From NCBI GenBank assembly GCA_025054655.1, contig JANWZL010000064.1, forward strand, positions 1 to 58,664: a DNA stretch of 58,664 nucleotides, written 5' to 3'. This document shows, one piece after another, positions 9,828 through 18,250 of the stretch. The DNA comes from Thiobacillaceae bacterium (GTDB taxonomy: Bacteria; Pseudomonadota; Gammaproteobacteria; Burkholderiales; Thiobacillaceae). Below the pieces are notes generated by a model. The model had not been told where the DNA came from and ran no database searches. It worked only from the letters and a program-made list of their open reading frames with translations. Every line of letters starts with the position of its first letter. Position 1 is the stretch's first letter. Position numbers and translations under genes: made by a program.

Positions 9828-11000
9828 ATGCAAGCGAGCGCCGCCTTCGACTACTTCGCCCCCTGTCCGCGCGGGCTGGAGGCCGAACTCGCGCGCGAGC
9901 TGACCGACCTGGGCGCTGCCGCGGTGCAGCCTGGCGCGGGCGGGGTGGCCTGCACGGGCGATTTGGAACTGGGCTGGCGCGTCAACCTCTGGTCGCGGCT
10001 GGCGGTGCGCGTCCTCCTGCGGGTGGACGGCGGCCGCTATCGCCACGAGGACGACCTCTACGCCGCTGCACACGCCCTGGCCTGGCCCGAGTGGTTCGAC
10101 CCGCGGCGCACCCTGGCGGTCAGTACGGTGGCGCGCGCCTGTCCGCTCAGGAGCCTCAACTACGTCACGCTGCGCATCAAGGACGCGGTGTGCGACCGCT
10201 TCCGCGCCGCCTGCGGCGTGCGCCCCAGCGTGCACACCCGCGCGCCCGAGGTGCCGCTGGTGCTCTACCTGGAACGCGACCGCTATGCCCTGTACATCGA
10301 CCTCACGGGCGAGCCGCTCAACCGCCGCGGCTATCGCGTGCGCGCGGCGGCCGCGCCGCTGAACGAAAACCTGGCCGCCGGCGTGCTGCGGCTGGCGGGC
10401 TGGCAGCCGGGCGAGCCCCTGCTCGACCCCATGATGGGCGGCGGCACCCTACTGCTGGAGGCCACCCTCATGGCGCTGGACATCGCGCCTGGGCTCAGGC
10501 GCCGCTTCGCCTTCGAGCATCTGGCCTGCTTCGACGCCCCACGCTGGCAGGCCTTGCGCGAGCAGGCGCAGGCACGGGCGCGGCCGCCCGTGCACCTGCC
10601 CATCTTCGGGGCCGACCTCGACCCGGCCATGGTCGAGGCGGCGCGCGCCAATCTGCGCGCGGCGGGGCTGGAAAAGTGCGTACAACTCAAACAGGCCGAC
10701 GTGCTCACGCTCGACCCCCCGGCCGCCCATGGCGTGCTGGTGAGCAACCCGCCCTATGGCGTGCGCCTGCCACGGCAGGCGCCGGAGGCCTTCTACCGCG
10801 CGCTGGGCGATGCCCTCAAGCGCCGTTTCGCCGGCTGGAGCGCGTGGTTGCTGTCGGCCGACCCGCTGCTGCCGAAGACCATCGGCCTGCGCGCGCAGCG
10901 GCGCATCCCGCTGTACAACGGGCCGCTCGCCTGCCGTCTGTACGGCTACCCGATCGTAGTCGGGCCGCTCAGGGCGCCTGCCTCCGGTAAAATGCCGTGA
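9828..11000 (+). CDS. THUMP-domain class I SAM-dependent RNA methyltransferase (RlmL N-terminal-half-like)
   Basis: ORF 9726..11000 trimmed to ATG 9828 (MQASAAFDYFAPCPRGLEAELA). LLDPMMGGGTLLLEA and the VSNPPYGVRL catalytic motif. Confidence 0.85.
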   Translation: MQASAAFDYFAPCPRGLEAELARELTDLGAAAVQPGAGGVACTGDLELGWRVNLWSRLAVRVLLRVDGGRYRHEDDLYAAAHALAWPEWFDPRRTLAVSTVARACPLRSLNYVTLRIKDAVCDRFRAACGVRPSVHTRAPEVPLVLYLERDRYALYIDLTGEPLNRRGYRVRAAAAPLNENLAAGVLRLAGWQPGEPLLDPMMGGGTLLLEATLMALDIAPGLRRRFAFEHLACFDAPRWQALREQAQARARPPVHLPIFGADLDPAMVEAARANLRAAGLEKCVQLKQADVLTLDPPAAHGVLVSNPPYGVRLPRQAPEAFYRALGDALKRRFAGWSAWLLSADPLLPKTIGLRAQRRIPLYNGPLACRLYGYPIVVGPLRAPASGKMP

Positions 11001-11020
11001 TCTGACGTCCGGAGCCCGCC

Positions 11021-12250
11021 ATGCCCGTCAACCTCGCCCCACCCGACCCCTCGAGCCTGCTGCCCGTGCCTGGCCTCAGCCTGGGCACGGCCAGCGCCGG
11101 CATCAAGAAACCCGGCCGCAAGGACGTGTTGGTGCTGAGTCTCGTCCCGGACAGCGAGGTGGTGGGCGTGTTCACCCAGAATCGCTTCTGCGCCGCGCCG
11201 GTCATCGTCGCCCGTGAGCACCTGGCGGCCGATGGCGGTGTGCGGGCGCTGGTGGTCAATACCGGCAACGCCAACGCCGGCACGGGCGAGGAGGGCATCG
11301 CCCGCGCCCGTGCCGTCTGCGCGGCCCTGGCCGCGCAGCTCGGGGTCCAGCCCGAGCAGGTGCTGCCCTTCTCCACCGGGGTGATCCTGGAGCCGCTGCC
11401 GCACGAGCGGATCATCGCCGCCCTGCCCGCGGCCGTGGCCGACCTGCGCCCCGACAACTGGGCGGCGGCGGCCGCGGCCATCATGACCACCGACATCGTG
11501 CCCAAGGCCGTCTCGCGGCAGGTGGAGCTGGACGGCGTGCGCTTCACCCTCACCGGCATCGCCAAGGGCTCGGGCATGATCCACCCGAACATGGCCACCA
11601 TGCTCGCCTTCGTCGCCACCGACGCGCCGGTGTCCTGCGAGGCCCTGGAGGCCATGCTGAGATACGCCGTGGCCCGTTCCTTCAACTGCATCACGGTCGA
11701 TGGCGACACCTCGACCAACGACGCCTGCATGCTGATCGCCACCGGCGCCACCGTCGCGCCGGTGATCATGGACGACGCCGACCCGCGCTTCGCCCCCCTG
11801 CGCGATGCGGTGACCGAGGTGATGGTCTGGCTCGCGCAGGCCATCGTGCGCGACGGCGAGGGGGCGACCAAGTTCATCAGCGTCGAGGTCAGCGGCGGGC
11901 GCGACGAGGCCGAATGCAAGCGGATCGCCTACGCCGTGGCGCGCTCGCCCCTGGTCAAGACCGCCTTCTTCGCCTCCGACCCCAACCTGGGCCGCATCCT
12001 CGCCGCCGTCGGCTATGCCGGCGTGGACGACCTGGACGTCGCTCGCGTGCGGCTGCACCTGGGGGAGGTGCTGGTGGCCGAGGGCGGCGGACGCGCCAGC
12101 GGCTACCGCGAGGAGGACGGCCGCCGGGTGATGGCCGCGCCCGAGATCGCGGTGCGCATCGACCTCGGCCGCGGCAGTGCCCGCGCCACCGTGTGGACCT
12201 GCGACCTGTCCTACGACTACGTGAAAATCAACGCCGAGTATCGCACGTGA
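11021..12250 (+). CDS. argJ: bifunctional glutamate N-acetyltransferase / amino-acid acetyltransferase
   Basis: 409 aa. [24 protein letters not shown] includes the autoprocessing Thr context. C-terminal [10 protein letters not shown]. Confidence 0.95.
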   Translation: MPVNLAPPDPSSLLPVPGLSLGTASAGIKKPGRKDVLVLSLVPDSEVVGVFTQNRFCAAPVIVAREHLAADGGVRALVVNTGNANAGTGEEGIARARAVCAALAAQLGVQPEQVLPFSTGVILEPLPHERIIAALPAAVADLRPDNWAAAAAAIMTTDIVPKAVSRQVELDGVRFTLTGIAKGSGMIHPNMATMLAFVATDAPVSCEALEAMLRYAVARSFNCITVDGDTSTNDACMLIATGATVAPVIMDDADPRFAPLRDAVTEVMVWLAQAIVRDGEGATKFISVEVSGGRDEAECKRIAYAVARSPLVKTAFFASDPNLGRILAAVGYAGVDDLDVARVRLHLGEVLVAEGGGRASGYREEDGRRVMAAPEIAVRIDLGRGSARATVWTCDLSYDYVKINAEYRT

Positions 12251-13116
12251 CCGCCGCCCTGGATGCCTTCCTGGCCCGCGCCCAGGCCTTGCTCGACCGG
12301 CTCGAACCGCTGCTGCCCCCGGCCTCACCCGCGCTGGACTGGCGGCAGACCCTGGCCGCCCGCTGGCGGCGCGGCGGCTTTGGCGGCTGGCTGGAACCGG
12401 TGCCCGCGCCCGACTGCCCGCCCTGGTCGGCGCTGCGCCGCATCGAGGCGCAAAAGCAGGCCCTGGAGCGCAACACACGCCAGTTCGTCGCCGGCCTGCC
12501 GGCCAACCATGCGCTGCTTGCCGGCAGCCGCGGCTGCGGCAAGTCCTCCCTGGTGCGCGCACTGCTCGCCCGCCATGCCCGGCAGGGGCTGCGCATGGTG
12601 GAGGTGGACAAGGTGGACCTCATCGACCTGCCGCACCTCATCGCGCGGCTGCCGCGTGCACCCTGGCGCTTCATCCTGTTCGCCGACGACCTCTCGTTCG
12701 ACGCACACGAACCCGCCTACAAGGCGCTCAAGGCCGCCCTGGACGGCTCGCTGGCCGGGCTGCCCGACAATGTGCTGATTTACGCCACCTCCAACCGCCG
12801 CCACCTGATGCCCGAGTTCTTCGCCGAGAACGCCGAGACCCGCCATCTGGGCGGCGAGGTGCGGCCCGGCGAGGGCATCGAGGAGAAGCTGTCGCTGGCC
12901 GACCGTTTCGGGCTGGTGCTGACCTTTTACCCCTTCGATCAGGACGACTATCTGGACATCGTCGCCGCCTGGGTGCGCGCCCTGGGTGGCCGGGTCAGCG
13001 CGGACATGCGCGCCGCCGCCCTGCAGTGGGCGATCGCCCGCGGCGGGCGCTCGGGACGGGTGGCGCGTCAGTTCGCCGCCGACTGGGTGGGCCAGCAGCG
13101 CCTCGGGGTTCGATGA
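12247..13116 (+). CDS. DUF815-type AAA ATPase
   Basis: In-frame GTG at 12247 overlaps the argJ TGA. Walker [15 protein letters not shown] and Walker [10 protein letters not shown]. Confidence 0.8.
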   Translation: MTAALDAFLARAQALLDRLEPLLPPASPALDWRQTLAARWRRGGFGGWLEPVPAPDCPPWSALRRIEAQKQALERNTRQFVAGLPANHALLAGSRGCGKSSLVRALLARHARQGLRMVEVDKVDLIDLPHLIARLPRAPWRFILFADDLSFDAHEPAYKALKAALDGSLAGLPDNVLIYATSNRRHLMPEFFAENAETRHLGGEVRPGEGIEEKLSLADRFGLVLTFYPFDQDDYLDIVAAWVRALGGRVSADMRAAALQWAIARGGRSGRVARQFAADWVGQQRLGVR

Positions 13117-14045
13117 ACGCGCGCGTGCAGGTGGCCGCCGCCGTCGTCGAACGCCCCGACGGCGCCTTCCTCATGGCCCGCCGGCCGGCCGGCAAGGCCT
13201 ATGCCGGCTGGTGGGAGTTCCCCGGCGGCAAGCTGGAGCCGGGCGAGAGCCCGCACCAGGCCTTGGTGCGCGAGCTGCAGGAGGAGCTGGGGCTCACCGT
13301 CGAGTGTGCCCACCCCTGGCTCACGCTCGACCACGACTACGCCCACGCCCGCGTGCGGCTCAATTTCTTCCGCGTCCCCGGCTGGCGCGGCACGCCGCGG
13401 CCGCACGAGGGCCAGGACCTCGCCTGGGTGCGGGCAGACCGGCCCGCGGTCGCCCCCATCCTGCCCGCCAATGGGCCCATCCTGCGCGCGCTTGCCCTAC
13501 CGCTGGTGTACGGCGTCTCCGCCGCCAGCGAGCTGGGGGCCGAGGCCTTCCTCGCACGGCTCGAACGGCGGCTCGCCGAGGGGCTGCGGCTCATCCAGCT
13601 GCGCGAAAAGGCCCTGCCGCCGGCCGAACGCGCCGCCCTCGCCGGCCAAGTGGCCGAGCTCTGCCGCCGGTATGACGCCACCCTGCTCGTCAACGACGAC
13701 CTCGACCTGGCCGAACGGCTCGGCCTCGGCGTGCACCTGCCGGCAGCGCGCCTTATGCAGATGACGCGCAGACCCGGCGTCCCCTGGGTGGCAGCCTCCT
13801 GCCACGATGCGCGCGAACTCGAACGGGCGCAGGCGCTGGGAGTGGACTTCGTCGTGCTGGGGCCGGTGCTGCCCACCGCCTCGCATCCGGGCGCCCCCAC
13901 CCTGGGCTGGGCAGGCTTCCAGGCCCTGGCCGCCGCCCGCCCCCTGCCCGTCTATGCCATCGGCGGCCTGCACGGCGGCCTGCTCGCTACCGCCCGCGCC
14001 GCCGGTGCGCATGGCATCGCCGTCAAACAGGCCTTGTGGACATGA
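13113..14045 (+). CDS. Nudix (MutT-like) hydrolase fused to a thiamine-phosphate-synthase/TenI-like domain
   Basis: ATG 13113 overlaps the upstream TGA. Nudix box GGKLEPGESPHQALVRELQEELG. The C-terminal half (LIQLREK...VLGPVLPT...YAIGG) is ThiE/TenI-like. Confidence 0.85.
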   Translation: MNARVQVAAAVVERPDGAFLMARRPAGKAYAGWWEFPGGKLEPGESPHQALVRELQEELGLTVECAHPWLTLDHDYAHARVRLNFFRVPGWRGTPRPHEGQDLAWVRADRPAVAPILPANGPILRALALPLVYGVSAASELGAEAFLARLERRLAEGLRLIQLREKALPPAERAALAGQVAELCRRYDATLLVNDDLDLAERLGLGVHLPAARLMQMTRRPGVPWVAASCHDARELERAQALGVDFVVLGPVLPTASHPGAPTLGWAGFQALAAARPLPVYAIGGLHGGLLATARAAGAHGIAVKQALWT

Positions 14046-14479
14046 CCAGCGCCCGCAGCCATTTCTACCGCCTTGCCCCGCTGGCCATCCTGCTGTTGCT
14101 CGCCCTGGTGGTGTACCTGCAGCAGGGGCAGGATCGGACCGGGGCACCGGCGCACACCCTGCACTGCGCCGACCTCGTCGCCGGCTGCCTCACCCGCTTC
14201 GATGGGCGCGAGGTCGGCCTAGGGGTGGTGGGGCAGCTCAAGGTGTTGCACCCCTTCGAGCTGTGGGTGCGCGCCCCCTGGGCGCGGCGGGTGCAGGCCA
14301 GCTTCACCATGGAGGGCATGGACATGGGGTTCAACCTCTACACCCTGCGCGCCGATAACTCGGGTGTGCACCGCGCCCGCATCACCCTGCCGGTGTGCGT
14401 GTCCGGCCGCCGCGACTGGGTGATGACGCTGGAGATCGACGGTCTGAAGGTGAGGGTGCCGTTCGTGACGCAACCGTGA
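14042..14479 (+). CDS. hypothetical membrane-anchored protein
   Basis: ATG 14042 overlaps the upstream stop (ATGA). One N-terminal TM (LAPLAILLLLALVVYL). No recognisable family. Confidence 0.45.
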   Translation: MTSARSHFYRLAPLAILLLLALVVYLQQGQDRTGAPAHTLHCADLVAGCLTRFDGREVGLGVVGQLKVLHPFELWVRAPWARRVQASFTMEGMDMGFNLYTLRADNSGVHRARITLPVCVSGRRDWVMTLEIDGLKVRVPFVTQP

Positions 14480-14487
14480 TCATGGAG

Positions 14488-14514
14488 TTGTAATAATCAT
14501 GCAATTGTAATAAT
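14488..14514 (+). promoter_or_regulatory. AT-rich direct repeat (TTGTAATAAT twice, 17-bp period) upstream of phoU
   Basis: ttgtaataat at 14488..14497 and again at 14505..14514, in otherwise GC-rich DNA. A TATAAT hexamer lies at 14533..14538. TTGTAAT/ATGCAAT at 11-bp spacing resembles a Pho-box only weakly. Confidence 0.35.
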
Positions 14515-14577
14515 TCCCACCACGGGGCCCTCTATAATCGCCTGGGACGCAGGGCCCGTGGACAAGGAGCTGACGAG

Positions 14578-15276
14578 ATGGCTGAACACACCTACAAGCA
14601 GTTCGATGCGGACCTCGAGCAGGTACGGGGCCGCGTGCTGGAGATGGGGGGGCTGGTCGAGGAGCAGGTCAACCGGGCCATCGACGCCCTGGTCAACGCC
14701 GACCTGAAGGCGGCCGAAGAGGTGGTCGCCAACGACCACAAGGTCAACGCCCTGGAGGTCTCCACCGATGAGGCCTGCACCCAGATCATCGCCCTGCGTC
14801 AGCCGGCGGCGGTGGACCTGCGCATGATCCTCACCATCATCAAGACCATCACCGACCTGGAGCGCATCGGCGACGAGGCGGCCAAGATCGCCCGCACCGC
14901 CCTGCGCGTCCATGACAGCGACCGCATCGTCACCCCGCGCTATGGCGAGATCAAATACATGGCGGGGCTTACGCTCAAGATGCTGCGCGAGTCGCTCGAC
15001 GCCTTCGCCCGGCTGGACGCGAGCGCCGCGGCGGCAGTGGCCCGTCAGGACATCGAGGTGGACGAGGAATTCCACCTCATCACGCGCCACCTCATCACCT
15101 ACATGATGGAGGACCCGCGCACCATCTCCACCTTCATCGACCTCATGTTCGTGGTCAAGGCCATCGAGCGCATCGGCGACCACGCCAAGAACATCTCCGA
15201 GTACGTGGTGTTCATGGTCAAGGGTAAGGACGTGCGCCACACCTCGCTGGAAGAGCTGGAGAAGGAGGTGCAGTGA
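14578..15276 (+). CDS. phoU: phosphate signalling complex protein PhoU
   Basis: 232 aa. Two PhoU repeats, each with the E(R)IGD motif (DLERIGDEAAKIA, AIERIGDHAKNI). Confidence 0.93.
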   Translation: MAEHTYKQFDADLEQVRGRVLEMGGLVEEQVNRAIDALVNADLKAAEEVVANDHKVNALEVSTDEACTQIIALRQPAAVDLRMILTIIKTITDLERIGDEAAKIARTALRVHDSDRIVTPRYGEIKYMAGLTLKMLRESLDAFARLDASAAAAVARQDIEVDEEFHLITRHLITYMMEDPRTISTFIDLMFVVKAIERIGDHAKNISEYVVFMVKGKDVRHTSLEELEKEVQ

Positions 15277-15345
15277 GCAGGGCGCCGGCGGCGGTTCGCC
15301 CCTGAGGGGCAACACCCGGTCCGGTCGGCGACGGCCGCAGTCACG

Positions 15346-15587
15346 TAGCCCGGATGCAGTCCCTCAAGGGCCGGAAACTGGGAATCTGGGGTGTGATGAA
15401 ACCCGGATTTGGCTGCGCTCCACCCGGGCCACGGCTGTAGGAGCGGTGTAAGCCGCGACCCGGGAAAATGCAAGTTGCATGTTCTCGGGCCTTGCAGCAA
15501 ATCATAGCCCGGATGTAGGCCCGCAGGCCGGAATCCGAGGGGCGGATGATGCAGATGACGCGGGATTCCGCTGCGCTCCCTCCGGGC
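15346..15587. repeat. cluster of REP-like intergenic repeats (two ~84-nt copies plus a TGTAGGAGCGG..GCCGCGA element)
   Basis: Copy 1 is 15346..15429 and copy 2 is 15505..15587. Both begin tagcccggatg and end cggatt..gctgcgctcc..ccgggc. I estimate about two-thirds identity by eye. Between them lies ctgtaggagcggtgtaagccgcgacccggg. The cluster sits between the convergent genes phoU and PCuAC. Confidence 0.65.
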
Positions 15588-15634
15588 AAAAACCCCTCTC
15601 GTCTCCAAGGGGGGTAGCTACCACCATGATCGTT

Positions 15635-15665
15635 GGCACGTCGTGTGATCGAGTCACGACGTGCC
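15635..15665. terminator. perfect 11-bp stem hairpin between convergent genes (candidate bidirectional terminator)
   Basis: ggcacgtcgtg (15635..15645), a 9-nt loop, then cacgacgtgcc (15655..15665). No U-tract. Confidence 0.4.
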
Positions 15666-15751
15666 CCTCGTCCTCGGGGCAAGGATCATGGGGCAAGCGT
15701 GACGTTCATGCCCCGGCGTATCGGCCCCAAACCCTGCTTAGGAAGCACAGC

Positions 15752-16204
15752 TCAATGCCCATGAGACATCGGCTTGCCGTCGGCGCGCACATCGAGTTGG
15801 ACATCGAGCTTGTGCTCCTTGCCGGCGCCGTCCTTGAACACCAGGGTGACAGGCACCTTGTCCCCGGCCTTCATGGGCTTTTTGAGGTCGATAAACATCA
15901 GATGCAGCCCGCCGGGCTTGAGGTTCACCGTCTGGCCCTTGGGCAGGGCAATGTCCTCCACCTGACGCATGACCATCATGCCCCCCTCCATGCGCATGGT
16001 GTGTAACTCCATCTTGGCCGAGACGGGGCTGCTGGCGCCCACTAGCTTCAGATCGGCCGCGGCGGTGAGGTCCATGAACCCGGCCGCCGTCCTCTGTCCC
16101 GGCGCGGTGGCGCGCGCCCAGGGCTGGGCGACCTGGACCTGAGCGGCCCAGGCGTGAACGGCGAAGAGTAGTCCGAGAAGGGCGGTGGTGGCATGTCTTT
16201 TCAT
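15752..16204 (-). CDS. periplasmic copper chaperone PCu(A)C (DUF461)
   Basis: ORF trimmed to MKRHATTALLGLLFAVHAWA (signal peptide). The Met/His-rich ELHTMRMEGGMMVMRQV...GGLHLMFIDL fits the H(M)x10Mx21HxM Cu(I) motif class. Confidence 0.85.
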   Translation of the reverse strand: MKRHATTALLGLLFAVHAWAAQVQVAQPWARATAPGQRTAAGFMDLTAAADLKLVGASSPVSAKMELHTMRMEGGMMVMRQVEDIALPKGQTVNLKPGGLHLMFIDLKKPMKAGDKVPVTLVFKDGAGKEHKLDVQLDVRADGKPMSHGH

Positions 16205-16362
16205 GGCGATCTCCCGTAGCGAACGAACGTTGACCATACTAGCATGGCACCGGCTTGCCGCCGGCCCGAAAAAAACGGCCCATCGCTGGGCCGGACACAC
16301 GCGTGGTAAACCTGCGCGTATGGAAGCCGTGTAAGGCTAGCGCTATGGGCGCCATTGCGCCA

Positions 16363-16379
16363 TGCGACAGAGTGTCGCA
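16363..16379. promoter_or_regulatory. perfect palindrome TGCGACA-GAG-TGTCGCA, candidate RegA/PrrA-type binding site
   Basis: The core GCGAC-N5-GTCGC lies in the divergent PCuAC / regB intergenic region, 22 nt upstream of a TAAAAT -10-like hexamer (16402..16407). Confidence 0.45.
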
Positions 16380-16413
16380 GCCCCCACTGCCTGCGCAGCG
16401 GTAAAATGCGGCT

Positions 16414-17649
16414 ATGCACACCGGCCCCATGCCGACATCGCCTGCCGGCGCCGGGGCGCGCGCCGGTCCGCCGCCGGGGGCCTGGCGCCTGTTGTTGTGG
16501 GGGCGTGCCGCACTGATCGCCGGCGAGGCCGCCCTGCTCGCCCTGGCCGAGTTGTGGCTTGGCGCCCATCTGCCGTGGGCGGCGCTCGCCGCCCTGCTCG
16601 GCCTGCACCTCGCCCTGCTGGCGGTGGGCCTGGGCCTGCGCCGTCATCCGCCCACCCTGACCGACACCGCTTTGCAGCTCGCCCTGGACGCCGCCCTCAT
16701 CGGCGCCCTGGTCTATTTCACCGGCGGCTATGCCAACCCCTTCATCTCGCTGCTGCTCCTACCGCTGGTGCTGGGCGCGGTGCTGCTGCCCAGCCGCCTG
16801 AGCTGGGCGCTCGCCCTGTGGGTGGCGGTGCTCTATACCTTGCTCATGCGGCATTATCGGCCCCTCGGGCTGGAGCTGAGCGATGCGGCGGCGGTGGACC
16901 TGCATCTCGAGGGGATGTGGCTCAACTTTCTGTTCACTGCGGCGCTGGTGGCCGCCTTCGCCGGCGCCCTGGCCAACGCCCTGCGGCAGCGCGAGCAGGA
17001 GCTTGCCCACGCGCGCGAGCGCAGGCTGCGCGACGAACAGCTCTTCGCCCTGGGGCTGCAGGCCGCCGGCGCCGCGCACGAGCTGGCCACGCCGCTCGCC
17101 TCGGCGCGGCTCACCCTGGATGAGCTGCGCGCCGACTATCGCGGCGATGAGGAGCTCTCCCCCGCCCTCGAACTGATGCACGCTCAACTCACGCGGGCCG
17201 AGGCGGTGCTCGACCGACTCCGCACCGCCGCGCGCACGCGCGGGCGCAGCGCGGGCCCGGCGCTGCCCTCGCAGCGCTGGATCGCCCGCGTGGTCGAACG
17301 CTGGGGCCTGCTGCATCCGCAGGCCAGGGTGGCGCTCGACCTGCCCGACGGCCTGCCGCCGATCGAGGACGACCCCATGCTGGAGGCGGTGCTGACCACC
17401 CTGCTCGACAACGCGCAGGAGGCCTCGCCAGGTCGGGTGCAGGTGAGCGCCCGCGTGGATGGCGCGGCCCTGTGCCTGGAGGTGGCCGATGCCGGTCCGG
17501 GTCTGGGCGGCAAGTCCGCCGGCTGGGGTGTGGGGTTGGAGCTGGCCAGCGCTGCACTAGAGCGCATCGGCGGGCAACTGCACCTGGCTGCCCGGCCGGG
17601 TGGCGGCACCCTGGCGCGCGCCCGCATCCCCCTGGTGGAGGGCGTATGA
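16414..17649 (+). CDS. regB: RegB/PrrB-type redox-responsive sensor histidine kinase
   Basis: 411 aa. Multi-TM N-terminal half. H-box GAAHELATPLASARLTLDEL. ATPase domain DAGPGL...GWGVGLEL. Its stop overlaps the regA start (ATGA). Confidence 0.8.
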   Translation: MHTGPMPTSPAGAGARAGPPPGAWRLLLWGRAALIAGEAALLALAELWLGAHLPWAALAALLGLHLALLAVGLGLRRHPPTLTDTALQLALDAALIGALVYFTGGYANPFISLLLLPLVLGAVLLPSRLSWALALWVAVLYTLLMRHYRPLGLELSDAAAVDLHLEGMWLNFLFTAALVAAFAGALANALRQREQELAHARERRLRDEQLFALGLQAAGAAHELATPLASARLTLDELRADYRGDEELSPALELMHAQLTRAEAVLDRLRTAARTRGRSAGPALPSQRWIARVVERWGLLHPQARVALDLPDGLPPIEDDPMLEAVLTTLLDNAQEASPGRVQVSARVDGAALCLEVADAGPGLGGKSAGWGVGLELASAALERIGGQLHLAARPGGGTLARARIPLVEGV

Positions 17650-18182
17650 GCGAGCCCTGGCACATCCTGGTGGTGGACGACGATGCGGTGTATGCGCGCA
17701 CGCTGGCGCAGGCGCTCGCCCGACGCGGCCACAGCGTGCGCTGTGCGGGCGAGGCCGGCGAGGCGCTCGCACTGTTGCGGCAGACGCCGGCCGACGCCGT
17801 CATCCTCGACCTGCGCCTGGCCACCGCCTCGGGCCTGGCGCTCATCGAGCCCATCCGCGCCCTCTGCCCGCAGGCGCGCATTTTGCTGCTGACCGGCTAC
17901 GCGAGCATCGCCACCGCAGTGGAGGCGATCAAGCTGGGCGCCACCCACTACCTGCCCAAACCGGCCACGGTGGACGACATCCTCACCGCCCTGGGGCGCA
18001 CGCAGGGCGACGCGGGCACGCCCGTGGCCGAACGCCCCCTGTCGGTGGACCGCCTGGAGTGGGAACACCTGCAGCGCGTGCTGGCCCAGCACGGCGGCAA
18101 CCTCTCGGCCACCGCCCGGGCGCTGAAGATGCACCGCCGGACGCTACAGCGCAAACTGGCCAAACGGCCGGTGCGGGACTGA
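17646..18182 (+). CDS. regA: RegA/PrrA/ActR-type response regulator
   Basis: 178 aa. Receiver domain ILVVDDD...ILDLRL. The C-terminal Fis-type HTH NLSATARALKMHRRTLQRKLAKRP closely resembles the invariant RegA HTH. Confidence 0.85.
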   Translation: MSEPWHILVVDDDAVYARTLAQALARRGHSVRCAGEAGEALALLRQTPADAVILDLRLATASGLALIEPIRALCPQARILLLTGYASIATAVEAIKLGATHYLPKPATVDDILTALGRTQGDAGTPVAERPLSVDRLEWEHLQRVLAQHGGNLSATARALKMHRRTLQRKLAKRPVRD

Positions 18183-18184
18183 TT

Positions 18185-18250
18185 CCCCTCACCCCTCCCC
18201 TACTACTCCCCCCTCACGCCTCACTCCTCACCCCTCTCCTCACCACCCAC
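18185..18250. repeat. heptanucleotide repeat block (CCTCACN) spanning the regA/hslV-like convergent gap and the last ~10 codons of the hslV-like gene
   Basis: cccctca cccctcc cctacta ctccccc ctcacgc ctcactc ctcaccc ctctcct caccacc. The complement encodes the tail [11 protein letters not shown] and its stop. Confidence 0.75.

Noticed and set aside
10946-12562. 538-aa minus-strand ORF
   Set aside because: It is antisense to argJ and the DUF815 ATPase. Its composition is dominated by G/A/R/P with no recognisable motifs. It is a typical high-GC shadow ORF.
15468-15480. Palindrome ATGCAAGTTGCAT as a fourth copy of the candidate Zur operator
   Set aside because: It shares the ATGCAA/TTGCAT half-sites but lacks the CTCGG centre, so the spacing differs. 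It also lies inside the REP cluster between two convergent 3' ends, not in a promoter.
18183-18220. Search for hslU, or any AAA+ unfoldase, adjacent to the HslV-like gene
   Set aside because: None is present. Downstream is the convergent regA, and upstream are the STAS protein and znuB. I record it here only to document the negative search that underlies the BPH-type finding.
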